Below, piece by piece: positions 34,858 to 42,412 of a DNA stretch of 42,412 bases. The notes beneath the pieces were generated by a model, which worked only from the letters and a program-made list of their open reading frames with translations, did no database searches and had not been told where the DNA came from. The stretch is from NCBI GenBank assembly GCA_049522735.1, contig JBEKNO010000001.1, positions 1 through 42,412 of the forward strand, given 5' to 3'. How positions within the stretch are numbered: position 1 is the first letter of the stretch; every line of letters begins with the position of its first letter. A program made the translations under genes and the position numbers. The stretch comes from Terracidiphilus sp. (GTDB lineage Bacteria > Acidobacteriota > Terriglobia > Terriglobales > Acidobacteriaceae).

Positions 34858-35679
34858 ATGGCGATTCTTACAGCTTCCTTGCTCATGATCATGCAGGCTG
34901 ACAGCGGCGCGGCCCCGGGGACGCCGCCCTGGTCGCAGAGTACCAGCGCGGTGATGGAGATGCTCTCGAACATCGGCCCCGTGGCCATGGCCGTGCTGGC
35001 GCTGCTGCTGGTGGCCAGTCTTTACTCGTGGGCCGTGATCCTGGGCAAGATTTCAACGTTCAGCAAGGCCACCAAGGAGAGCCGCCGTTTTGTCCGTGCC
35101 TTCCGCAAGGCCAGCCGCCTGCAGGAGATCTCCTCGATAGCCGCGGACTACAAATTCAGCCCCCTGTCCCAGGTTTTTGAAGATGTTTACGAGACCTACA
35201 AGCGCCAGACGGGCGGCTCGGGACCGCCGCGCAACCTGGCTCCGCTGGAACGCTCGGCGCAGACCGCCGCCAGCGAGGCCGTCAGCAACCTGGAACGGCG
35301 CATGACCTGGCTGGCCACCATCGCGGCCACCAGCCCCTTCATCGGCCTCTTCGGCACGGTGGTGGGCATCATTGACGCCTTCCACGGGCTGGGCACGGCC
35401 GGCGCGGCTACGCTGAGGGCCGTGGCGCCCGGCATCTCCGAGGCGCTGGTTACCACGGCCGCCGGGCTGTTTGTGGCCGTGCCCGCCGTGATTGCTTACA
35501 ACCAGTTCACCGCCCGGATCAAGGTCTTTGCCGCCGCCATCGACGACTTTTGCCGCGAGCTGTTGAACTCGCTGGAAGAGATTCCGGTGCGCGCGCCTCT
35601 GCCGCAGCGCGCTGCCAACCCTGGCCCCGAACCCGTCAGGGATTCAGTCCGGGAGGCGGATCGTGGCCTTTACAAGTAG
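34858..35679 (+). CDS. tolQ: TolQ (MotA/TolQ/ExbB family)
   Basis: LATIAATSPFIGLFGTVVGI, VAPGISEALVTTAAGL. Confidence 0.93.
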   Translation: MAILTASLLMIMQADSGAAPGTPPWSQSTSAVMEMLSNIGPVAMAVLALLLVASLYSWAVILGKISTFSKATKESRRFVRAFRKASRLQEISSIAADYKFSPLSQVFEDVYETYKRQTGGSGPPRNLAPLERSAQTAASEAVSNLERRMTWLATIAATSPFIGLFGTVVGIIDAFHGLGTAGAATLRAVAPGISEALVTTAAGLFVAVPAVIAYNQFTARIKVFAAAIDDFCRELLNSLEEIPVRAPLPQRAANPGPEPVRDSVREADRGLYK

Positions 35680-36106
35680 CGACGGCCAGACCCGCACCTC
35701 GCTGGCGGAGATCAACATCACGCCGCTGGTGGACGTGGTGCTGGTGCTTCTGGTCATCTTCATGATCACCGCGCCGGTGCTGCAGTCGGGCATTGAAGTG
35801 GCGGTACCCAAAACGCGCACCGTCAAGGAGATCACCGAGCAGCGCCTGGTGCTGACCATCGACCGCGACAGCCAAGTCTTTCTGGACGATCAGCCCGTCA
35901 ACGTTCATGAGCTGGCCCAGAAGCTGCGCCAGGCTGGGGTCGACCCGGCCAAGCAGGTGATTTATCTGCGCGCCGACGAGCGGGTTCCCTTTGGCGCCTT
36001 CGCCAGCGTCATGGACGCGGTGAAGCAGGCCGGCATCACCAACATCTCCATCGTCACCCAGCCGCTGGAGACGAAAGCTGCGACGGCAGGTGGAAATCAG
36101 GATTGA
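35663..36106 (+). CDS. tolR: TolR (ExbD/TolR family)
   Basis: EINITPLVDVVLVLLVIFMITAP, LRADE. Confidence 0.93.
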   Translation: MAFTSSDGQTRTSLAEINITPLVDVVLVLLVIFMITAPVLQSGIEVAVPKTRTVKEITEQRLVLTIDRDSQVFLDDQPVNVHELAQKLRQAGVDPAKQVIYLRADERVPFGAFASVMDAVKQAGITNISIVTQPLETKAATAGGNQD

Positions 36107-36209
36107 ACGGATTCCGTTGGAGGTACGGGGGCGCCCGGAATCCGCAGCGGGAAGAAATCAGGGCGCAGGCCTCCTGACCTTTTGTTGATTGGTCCGTCTT
36201 GAATTGAGA

Positions 36210-37013
36210 GTGGCAGCCAAGCGCATGATCAGTCTGCTGGAAGATCTCGAGCAACTGGAACGCCCACCGGCGCCGGATCCCATGGCCGCGCCGGCCGCGG
36301 GCTCGCTGGTGCTGCACTGTGCTCTGTTCGGCTCGCTCATGCTCTACGGCATGCTCAACGGCTTCTTCCATCGCATGATGTGGGGCAATCCGGGAGCGGG
36401 CGGAGCCATCCAGGTAAGCCTGGTCTCCAACGCCCTGCCGCTGCCCGCAGATCAACCGCCCAATCAGAATGTGCTGGCCACCGAGACCCCCAGCCAGGCT
36501 CCCGCCGAGCCCACTCCCAAGGCCAAGCAGGCGGTGGATGAAAAGGCCATTCCCTTCGCCGGCAAGCAAAAGAAGCCGCAGCCCAAGGCAGCGCCGAAAT
36601 CTCAGCAGCGCCAGCCCGTGCAGGACAACCGGGCCAGGTATGGCGAGCAGGCGGGCAGCCTCATGCCCCGCGCCATGCAGGCGGAGGGTGGATCGAACGG
36701 GCCGGTGAGCGTGAGCAACGGCGACTTTGGCACCCGCTTTGGCTGGTACGTTGAGATCATCAAGCGCAAGGTCGATCAGAACTGGTACCGCGGCGTGGTG
36801 GATCCGCGCACGCCGCGAGGTGCTACCTCGCAGATATACTTCAAGGTGAGCCGCCAGGGCGTCCCCTCCAACTTCAAAATCAACATTTCCAGCGGCAGCC
36901 CCACGCTCGACCGTTCATGCCTGCAAGCTACACAGCGGGTTGACACATTTGGGGCCTTGCCGCCCGACTCCAACGATCAATGGCTGGACGTCACTTATGA
37001 TTGTGCGTATTGA
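36210..37013 (+). CDS. tolA: TolA/TonB C-terminal-domain protein
   Basis: TM with S..LH, Pro/Lys-rich linker, Y...IKRKV..NW, SSG..TLDRS; lies between tolR and tolB; start uncertain. Confidence 0.82.
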   Translation: MAAKRMISLLEDLEQLERPPAPDPMAAPAAGSLVLHCALFGSLMLYGMLNGFFHRMMWGNPGAGGAIQVSLVSNALPLPADQPPNQNVLATETPSQAPAEPTPKAKQAVDEKAIPFAGKQKKPQPKAAPKSQQRQPVQDNRARYGEQAGSLMPRAMQAEGGSNGPVSVSNGDFGTRFGWYVEIIKRKVDQNWYRGVVDPRTPRGATSQIYFKVSRQGVPSNFKINISSGSPTLDRSCLQATQRVDTFGALPPDSNDQWLDVTYDCAY

Positions 37014-37094
37014 TCTGTTTGCCCCGTTTGCTCAGTGGCGCAAGGAGTATCAGAGCGCCGCTTCCACCATTCACCAGGAAGGATTGCACATCGC

Positions 37095-38441
37095 ATGAAG
37101 ACACTTTCCCGGCTTCTGCCTCTCTCAGTATTGGTCCTGGTTTGTCTTGCGGCCAGCCTACTGCCGGCCCAGGACTGGGTCCACACCGGCACCAACCTCG
37201 GCAATGAGCGCATTCGCATCGCCGCCGCCGATTTCAGGCCCCTGGGCGCCGATCCCCAGACCCCGGCCTTGAAGACGGTCTTCGACGCCACCCTCTTTGG
37301 CGACCTGTCCAGCGCTGGCATCTTCGACCTGGTTTCAAAGAGCCTGGCGCCCCAGGAGATGCCGGGCTCGCCCCAGGAGGTCCACCTGCAGCAGTGGGCC
37401 GATGCCCCGGCCAATGCGGCCATGGTGGCCTTCGGTTCGCTTTCGGCCGGCAATGGCCGCCTCATCGTCTACGGCTGGCTCTTCGATACGCGCAACAGCG
37501 CCAACCCCCAGGTGCTGGGCAAGCAGTACAACGAAGCCTCCAGCCCGGATTCAGCGCGCTCCATTGCCCACCGCTTTGCGGATGAAATCATCTATCGCCT
37601 GGGCGGCGGCATCAACGGCATCGCCGAAACCAAAATCTACTTCGTCAGCTCCCGCACCGGCTCCAAAGAGATCTGGGCTATGGACTACGACGGGCAGAAC
37701 CAGCACCAGATTACCCATTTGGGCAGCATCACGCTCTCGCCCCGCATCTCGCCGGACAATACCCGCCTGGCCTTTGCCACGCTGGGCCGCGAGGGATGGT
37801 CCATCCGCATGTACTCCCTGGAACTCAACCGCCCGGTCGCCTTTCCCGCCGGCACGGCAGGCGGAAGCAATCAATCCCCGGCCTGGTCCGGGGACGGCGC
37901 CAGGATCGCCTTCTCCTCCTCGCGGACGGGCGATCCGGAGATTTGGGTTGCCGATCAGAGCGGCGCCAACCTGCGCCGCTTGACCAACTTTAGCGGCCCC
38001 GACGTCTCGCCCACCTGGAACCCCCGCACCAACGCCCAAATCGCCTGGGTCAGCGGGCGCACCGGTGAGCCGCAAATCTACACCATGGACCAGGACGGCG
38101 CCAACATTCAGCGCATGACCGACGGCGGCTATGCCATCTCCCCCTCCTGGTCGCCCAACGGCCAGTTCCTGGCCTTCAGTTGGAATCGCAAGTACGGTCC
38201 CGGCGACCCCGGCGGGCAGGATATCTACGTCATGGACATCGCCAGCAAGCGCTGGCTGCAGGTCACCCACGAATCCGGCAGCAACGACTTTCCCTCCTGG
38301 GCGCCCGATGGCCGGCACATCGTTTTCGAGCGCGCCATAGGCGGCCACAGCCAGATCTGGTCTATGCTGGCCGACGGCACCGGCCAGCAACAACTCACCC
38401 ACTCCGGCAACAACTTCATGCCTAACTGGAGCTGGAAGTAA
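37095..38441 (+). CDS. tolB: TolB
   Basis: Signal peptide, AHRFADEI, MDYDG, PD40 repeats SPAWSGDG, SPSWSPNG, PSWAPDG. Confidence 0.95.
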   Translation: MKTLSRLLPLSVLVLVCLAASLLPAQDWVHTGTNLGNERIRIAAADFRPLGADPQTPALKTVFDATLFGDLSSAGIFDLVSKSLAPQEMPGSPQEVHLQQWADAPANAAMVAFGSLSAGNGRLIVYGWLFDTRNSANPQVLGKQYNEASSPDSARSIAHRFADEIIYRLGGGINGIAETKIYFVSSRTGSKEIWAMDYDGQNQHQITHLGSITLSPRISPDNTRLAFATLGREGWSIRMYSLELNRPVAFPAGTAGGSNQSPAWSGDGARIAFSSSRTGDPEIWVADQSGANLRRLTNFSGPDVSPTWNPRTNAQIAWVSGRTGEPQIYTMDQDGANIQRMTDGGYAISPSWSPNGQFLAFSWNRKYGPGDPGGQDIYVMDIASKRWLQVTHESGSNDFPSWAPDGRHIVFERAIGGHSQIWSMLADGTGQQQLTHSGNNFMPNWSWK

Positions 38442-38620
38442 ACCTCGGCGCGGGCAAAGGATGAGCGCGGCAATAATCGGATAGCCGCCAAAGAAGCTTC
38501 GAACATGCATCCGCACAACCGGCCTCGGAGTCTTTTTGCACTATAATTCTATCGTTGCCAAACGACCCCCGCCGACCGCATGGCCGGGGAGACACTTTGG
38601 ATTTTTGCAAGGAGTAACCC

Positions 38621-39361
38621 ATGATTCCACGTAGTTGTCGCATGTTCGTGCCTGTTGTCCTGCTTGTCGCCCTGGTCGCGATCGGAGGTTGCAAGAAGAA
38701 GGAATCCCTTCCACCCCCTGAGACGGCGCCATCGTCCGCCATACCCCCGCCTACCGCGCAGCTCACGGCCACTCCCACCGTGGTTTCGGCCGGAGACCAG
38801 GTCCAGCTCGCCTGGCGCACCACCGATGCCACCAGCGTCTCCATCGACGGCATAGGTGACGTGCCCAGTTCGGGCGTCAAGACCGTGGTTCCAACCGAGT
38901 CGACCACCTACCACCTGGTGGCCCGCGGGGAGGGCGGCTCGGCCGAAGCCTCGGCCCGCGTCACCGTCAACGCGCCGCCCGCCGTGCAGGTGCCCGTCAG
39001 CTCCCTGAGCGAGGAACAGGAGTTCAAGGCCAATGTCCAGGACATCTTCTTCGATTACGACAACTACGATATCCGCAGCGACGCCAAGGCCACTCTCTCG
39101 AAAGACGCATCCTACCTGGTCAGCCACCCCGAATTGAAATTCGTTATCGGCGGCTACTGCGACGAGCGCGGCTCCAACGAGTACAACCTGGCTCTCGGCC
39201 AGAACCGCGCCGACGCCGCCAAAAACGCGCTGGTCACCGCCGGAGTGGCGGCCAACCGCATCCGCGTTATCAGCTACGGCAAGGAGAAGCCCTTCTGCTC
39301 CGAGTCCAACGAGGAGTGCTGGCAGCAGAACCGCCGCGGCGGTTTCACCCTGGAGCGGTAA
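38621..39361 (+). CDS. pal: Peptidoglycan-associated lipoprotein with an extra N-terminal beta domain
   Basis: Lipobox IGGC, DIFFDYD, GYCDERGSNEYNLALGQNRA, ISYGKEKP, QNRR. Confidence 0.95.
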   Translation: MIPRSCRMFVPVVLLVALVAIGGCKKKESLPPPETAPSSAIPPPTAQLTATPTVVSAGDQVQLAWRTTDATSVSIDGIGDVPSSGVKTVVPTESTTYHLVARGEGGSAEASARVTVNAPPAVQVPVSSLSEEQEFKANVQDIFFDYDNYDIRSDAKATLSKDASYLVSHPELKFVIGGYCDERGSNEYNLALGQNRADAAKNALVTAGVAANRIRVISYGKEKPFCSESNEECWQQNRRGGFTLER

Positions 39362-39388
39362 ACATTAGCTGGAAGTCTGATCAAAATC

Positions 39389-39432
39389 GGGTATCCCAGG
39401 TCTTCCGCCGCGGCGGAAGACCTGGGATACCC
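39389..39432. repeat. Perfect 44-bp palindrome, REP-related; possible terminator or processing stem
   Basis: gggtatcccaggtcttccgccg|cggcggaagacctgggataccc. Confidence 0.9.
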
Positions 39433-39496
39433 CGAAAGCCCCGCAAGCCGAAGCCGGCCCCTGATTTCTGATCTGAAGTATTTCACAGGTGAAAAA

Positions 39497-40423
39497 ATGC
39501 AAAAACTGCACACACTTCGCAATAGCTTCCTCGGCGCGGCTTTCCTGGCCATGGTTCTCGCCTCAGTGCCCGTTCCCGCGCGCGCGGCCTCGAAGGAGAT
39601 CATCGAGCTGCAAACCCAGGTGCAACAACTGCTGGACATGGTGCAGCGCCTCCAGTCCACCCTCGACAGCCGCTTTGGCGTGATGCAGCACCTGGCCGAG
39701 CAGACCGCGGATAACGCCAACCAGATCACCGCAACCGTCAACGCCCTGCAGCAGAAGATCAACGCGCAGAGCGAGACCGGCAACGGCAAACTGGACGCCG
39801 TCTCCGGCCAGGTGCAGTCGTTGAACGATTCGGTCGACGAGTTGAAGTCCCGCATCGCCAAGCTGGATAAGTCGGTACAGGAGTTGCAGACGCAGTTGCA
39901 AAATATCCAGAATCCGCCCGCCGGCGCGGCCCCCGCGGCCCCAGGTGCGGACCTGAATGCCCCGCCGTCCGGTGAAGGCGCGCTCCCCGCGTCCCGTCCC
40001 GCAGCCGGCACGCCGGCATCCACACAGGCGCCGCCGCTGCAGGAAACCTTTCAGGCCGGCCTGCGCGACTACAATGCCGCGCGGTACGAGGTAGCCGCCG
40101 GCGAGTTCCAGGACGTGGTGCGCTACTATCCGCTCGACGACCTGGCCGGCAACGCCCATTTTTACCTGGGCGAAATCGCCTACCGCCAGCAGAATTACGC
40201 TGATGCGGTGAAGAGCTACAACGCCGTGCTGGAAGGCTTCAGCGGCAGCCCCAAGGCCCCGGCCGCGCAACTGCGCAAGGGATTTGCCCTGCTGCTGGAG
40301 GGCAAGAAGGAAGCGGGCATTCGCGAACTGCGCCTGCTCAATCAGCGCCATCCGCAAACCCCTGAAGCCGCCCAGGCCCGCACCAAGCTCAACAGCCTCG
40401 GCGTCAGGATTGCGGCGCACTGA
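39497..40423 (+). CDS. cpoB: Tol-Pal coordinator CpoB/YbgF
   Basis: Signal peptide, coiled coil, TPR LAGNAHFYLGEI and KAPAAQLRKG; follows pal. Confidence 0.9.
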   Translation: MQKLHTLRNSFLGAAFLAMVLASVPVPARAASKEIIELQTQVQQLLDMVQRLQSTLDSRFGVMQHLAEQTADNANQITATVNALQQKINAQSETGNGKLDAVSGQVQSLNDSVDELKSRIAKLDKSVQELQTQLQNIQNPPAGAAPAAPGADLNAPPSGEGALPASRPAAGTPASTQAPPLQETFQAGLRDYNAARYEVAAGEFQDVVRYYPLDDLAGNAHFYLGEIAYRQQNYADAVKSYNAVLEGFSGSPKAPAAQLRKGFALLLEGKKEAGIRELRLLNQRHPQTPEAAQARTKLNSLGVRIAAH

Positions 40424-40482
40424 ACGGTTTTTTAAATGAATTCCGGAACACGGATCAGATTATTTGCAAGGAGAAGAACGAA

Positions 40483-42108
40483 ATGACAGTAAAGCCGGCA
40501 GCAAATGAAGTATTGCTCATTACCAGCGGCGATCTGCGCCTGGCGGCCAACCAGGAGTGCTGGCCCGCGCAGAGAGAGATGGAAGAGAAGTTAACCGCGG
40601 CCTTCGCTCAAAAGGGCATCAAACTTGTCCGCGCCCATGCTTACAACGAGAAGGAGAAGCATGGTTTTATTTCCTCGCAGCGTATGGGGATGGATGTTTT
40701 CATGAACATTCACCCGGAGGCCAGGCTGGTCTTCGCGACCGCCGCCTGGCAGTACAGCCATCATGTGCTGCCCGGCCTGCGCAGCCATCGGGGGCCGATC
40801 CTGACCGTGGCCAATTGGTCGGGGCAATGGCCGGGATTGGTGGGCCTGCTCAACCTGAACGGCTCGCTTATCAAGGCCGGAAAGAAGTTCTCCTCCATCT
40901 GGAGCAAGGAATTTACCGACGATTATTTTCTTGCCGCGCTCACGGAATGGCTGCGCGACGGAAAAATCACTCACGACCAGTCGCATGTGCATGCGCTGGA
41001 CCGTGGCAAACTGCCCGCCGAAAGCGCGCAACTGGGCGCCCAACTGGCCAGCGGGCTCAAACATCGCAAGGCCATCATGGGAATCTTCGATGAAGGCTGC
41101 ATGGGCATGTACAACGCCATCATCGACGATGAGCTGCTGAATCCCGCCGGCATCTTTAAAGAGCGTCTGAGCCAGTCCGCGCTGGTGGCGAAGATGCGCA
41201 CGGTGAGCCAGGCCGAGGCAGAGGCTGTCTATAAGTGGGTAGTCTCCAAGGGAGTGAAGTTCGACCTCGGCAAGAACCCCGCTACCGAGCTGACCCTGGA
41301 GCAGGTCATCGAGCAATGCAAGATGTACATTGCGGCGGTGCGCATCGCAAAAGAGTTTGGCTGCGACGTCATCGGCATCCAGTACCAGCAGGGATTGAAA
41401 GACATGGCGCCCGCCTCCGACCTGGCCGAGGGCCTGCTGAACAATGCTGAGCGTCCTCCGGTCTTTGCCGAAGGGGCAAAAGAGGAACTCTACGCGGGCG
41501 GGCCGGTGGTGCACTTTAACGAAGTGGACGAATGCGCCGGCGTGGACTCTCTGATTACCAATCGCTGCTGGAGCGCGCTGGGGCTTGACCCCTCGACGAC
41601 GCTGCACGACGTTCGCTGGGGCGAGCACTACAAGGGCGACGGTCTCGACGCGTTTGTCTGGCTGTTGCAAATCTCCGGCGCCGCGCCGGCCAATCATTTT
41701 GTGGGCGGCTATGCGGGCGCCAGCAGCGAACGCCAGCCGGCCATGTACTTCCCTCTCGGCGGCGGATCGCTGAAAGGCGTCGGCAAGCCAGGCGAGATCG
41801 TCTGGAGCCGCGTATTCGTCGAGGGCGGCGCGCTTCATGCCGACCTGGGCCGCGGCACGGTGGTCAGCCTGCCCGCGGCGGAGACAGAGCGCCGCTGGCG
41901 GCAGACTACGCCTCAATGGCCCATCGTGCACACCGTCTTCCACGGCGTCAGCCAGAATCAATTCATGGCCCGCCACCGCGCCAACCACGTGAATGTTGCA
42001 TACGCGCCATCCCCTGAGGCCGCCGACAAGGCTCTTGCCACCAAGGCCGCCATGATGGCGGAGTTGGGGCTAACCGTGCATCTTTGCGGCAATACGCAGT
42101 TGTGTTAG
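40483..42108 (+). CDS. L-fucose isomerase-like protein
   Basis: NWSGQWPGLVG, GCMGM, IGIQYQQGL, HFNEVDEC, TLHD, RQPAMYF, ANH. Confidence 0.75.
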   Translation: MTVKPAANEVLLITSGDLRLAANQECWPAQREMEEKLTAAFAQKGIKLVRAHAYNEKEKHGFISSQRMGMDVFMNIHPEARLVFATAAWQYSHHVLPGLRSHRGPILTVANWSGQWPGLVGLLNLNGSLIKAGKKFSSIWSKEFTDDYFLAALTEWLRDGKITHDQSHVHALDRGKLPAESAQLGAQLASGLKHRKAIMGIFDEGCMGMYNAIIDDELLNPAGIFKERLSQSALVAKMRTVSQAEAEAVYKWVVSKGVKFDLGKNPATELTLEQVIEQCKMYIAAVRIAKEFGCDVIGIQYQQGLKDMAPASDLAEGLLNNAERPPVFAEGAKEELYAGGPVVHFNEVDECAGVDSLITNRCWSALGLDPSTTLHDVRWGEHYKGDGLDAFVWLLQISGAAPANHFVGGYAGASSERQPAMYFPLGGGSLKGVGKPGEIVWSRVFVEGGALHADLGRGTVVSLPAAETERRWRQTTPQWPIVHTVFHGVSQNQFMARHRANHVNVAYAPSPEAADKALATKAAMMAELGLTVHLCGNTQLC

Positions 42109-42178
42109 GGAATCTCTGAATCAGTCGCAGTTTTGAAAGGGCACAGCTTTAAAGTGTCCACTGTTCCTACAATGCGCC

Positions 42179-42219
42179 GTGCCCCATCCTTTCGCCTTTT
42201 TTCTGGCGAAAGGGTGGGA
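42179..42219 (+). repeat. REP-like element
   Basis: Identical 41-mer to 5120-5160. Confidence 0.92.
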
Positions 42220-42279
42220 AACCCCAATTCTCGCTTTTAAAGAGTGTTTCAAAAACGGCCTTGTATCAGGGCACGACTA

Positions 42280-42412
42280 AACAGGCTGCAGAAAAACTCC
42301 TGATTTGCACCTGATTTCGTTCTGGCGGCGGATTTTTCGCCGTTTTCGGCCCGTTTTTGCCGCGGTTTCCTCGTTTCGTTTTGCCCCTGGAGGCCGTTTT
42401 TCCGACCTCCAG
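42280..42412. mobile_element. Possible IS/MITE terminus inserted into a half-REP
   Basis: Half-REP tgtatcagggcacgact breaks off at taaa and is followed by caggctgcagaaaaactc and T-tract-rich non-coding DNA; no transposase in the window. Confidence 0.35.

Noticed and set aside
38621-39000. Extra N-terminal domain of Pal as a novelty
   Set aside because: Probably a lineage-typical Pal architecture; nothing here shows it is unusual

Overview
GC-rich bacterial chromosomal window; gene content and repeat types resemble Acidobacteriota (inference). The core is an isoprenoid/hopanoid supercluster bracketed by ispG and ispH: hpnJ, two small DMT genes, hpnE/D/C, two Zn-dependent dehydrogenases, hpnG, hpnA, a hypothetical gene, hpnH and shc. 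Nearby are an adaptor-TPR-TolC operon, a spinster-like MFS gene, queF and an ABC-2 exporter. Then come recN, a complete tol-pal operon and a fucose-isomerase-like gene. Accessory DNA includes a broken HTH-Dcm/EcoRII/Vsr locus whose middle is replaced by an HNH nuclease plus an unknown gene, a RAYT transposase with inverted REP ends inside the hpn operon, an MNT-HEPN toxin-antitoxin islet, and many REP and short-tandem repeats. Most striking: (1) a solitary gp19/eCIS-type tail-tube protein carrying a Sec signal peptide; (2) a hopanoid-cluster dehydrogenase with an N-terminal perilipin-like array of 11-residue amphipathic repeats; (3) REP elements translated in frame inside HpnG; (4) intergenic spacers bounded by inverted short-repeat arms, one of which would fold a stop codon next to the following start codon; (5) a candidate hopanoid export system that does not use HpnN. 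All family calls come from motif recognition by eye; no searches were run.
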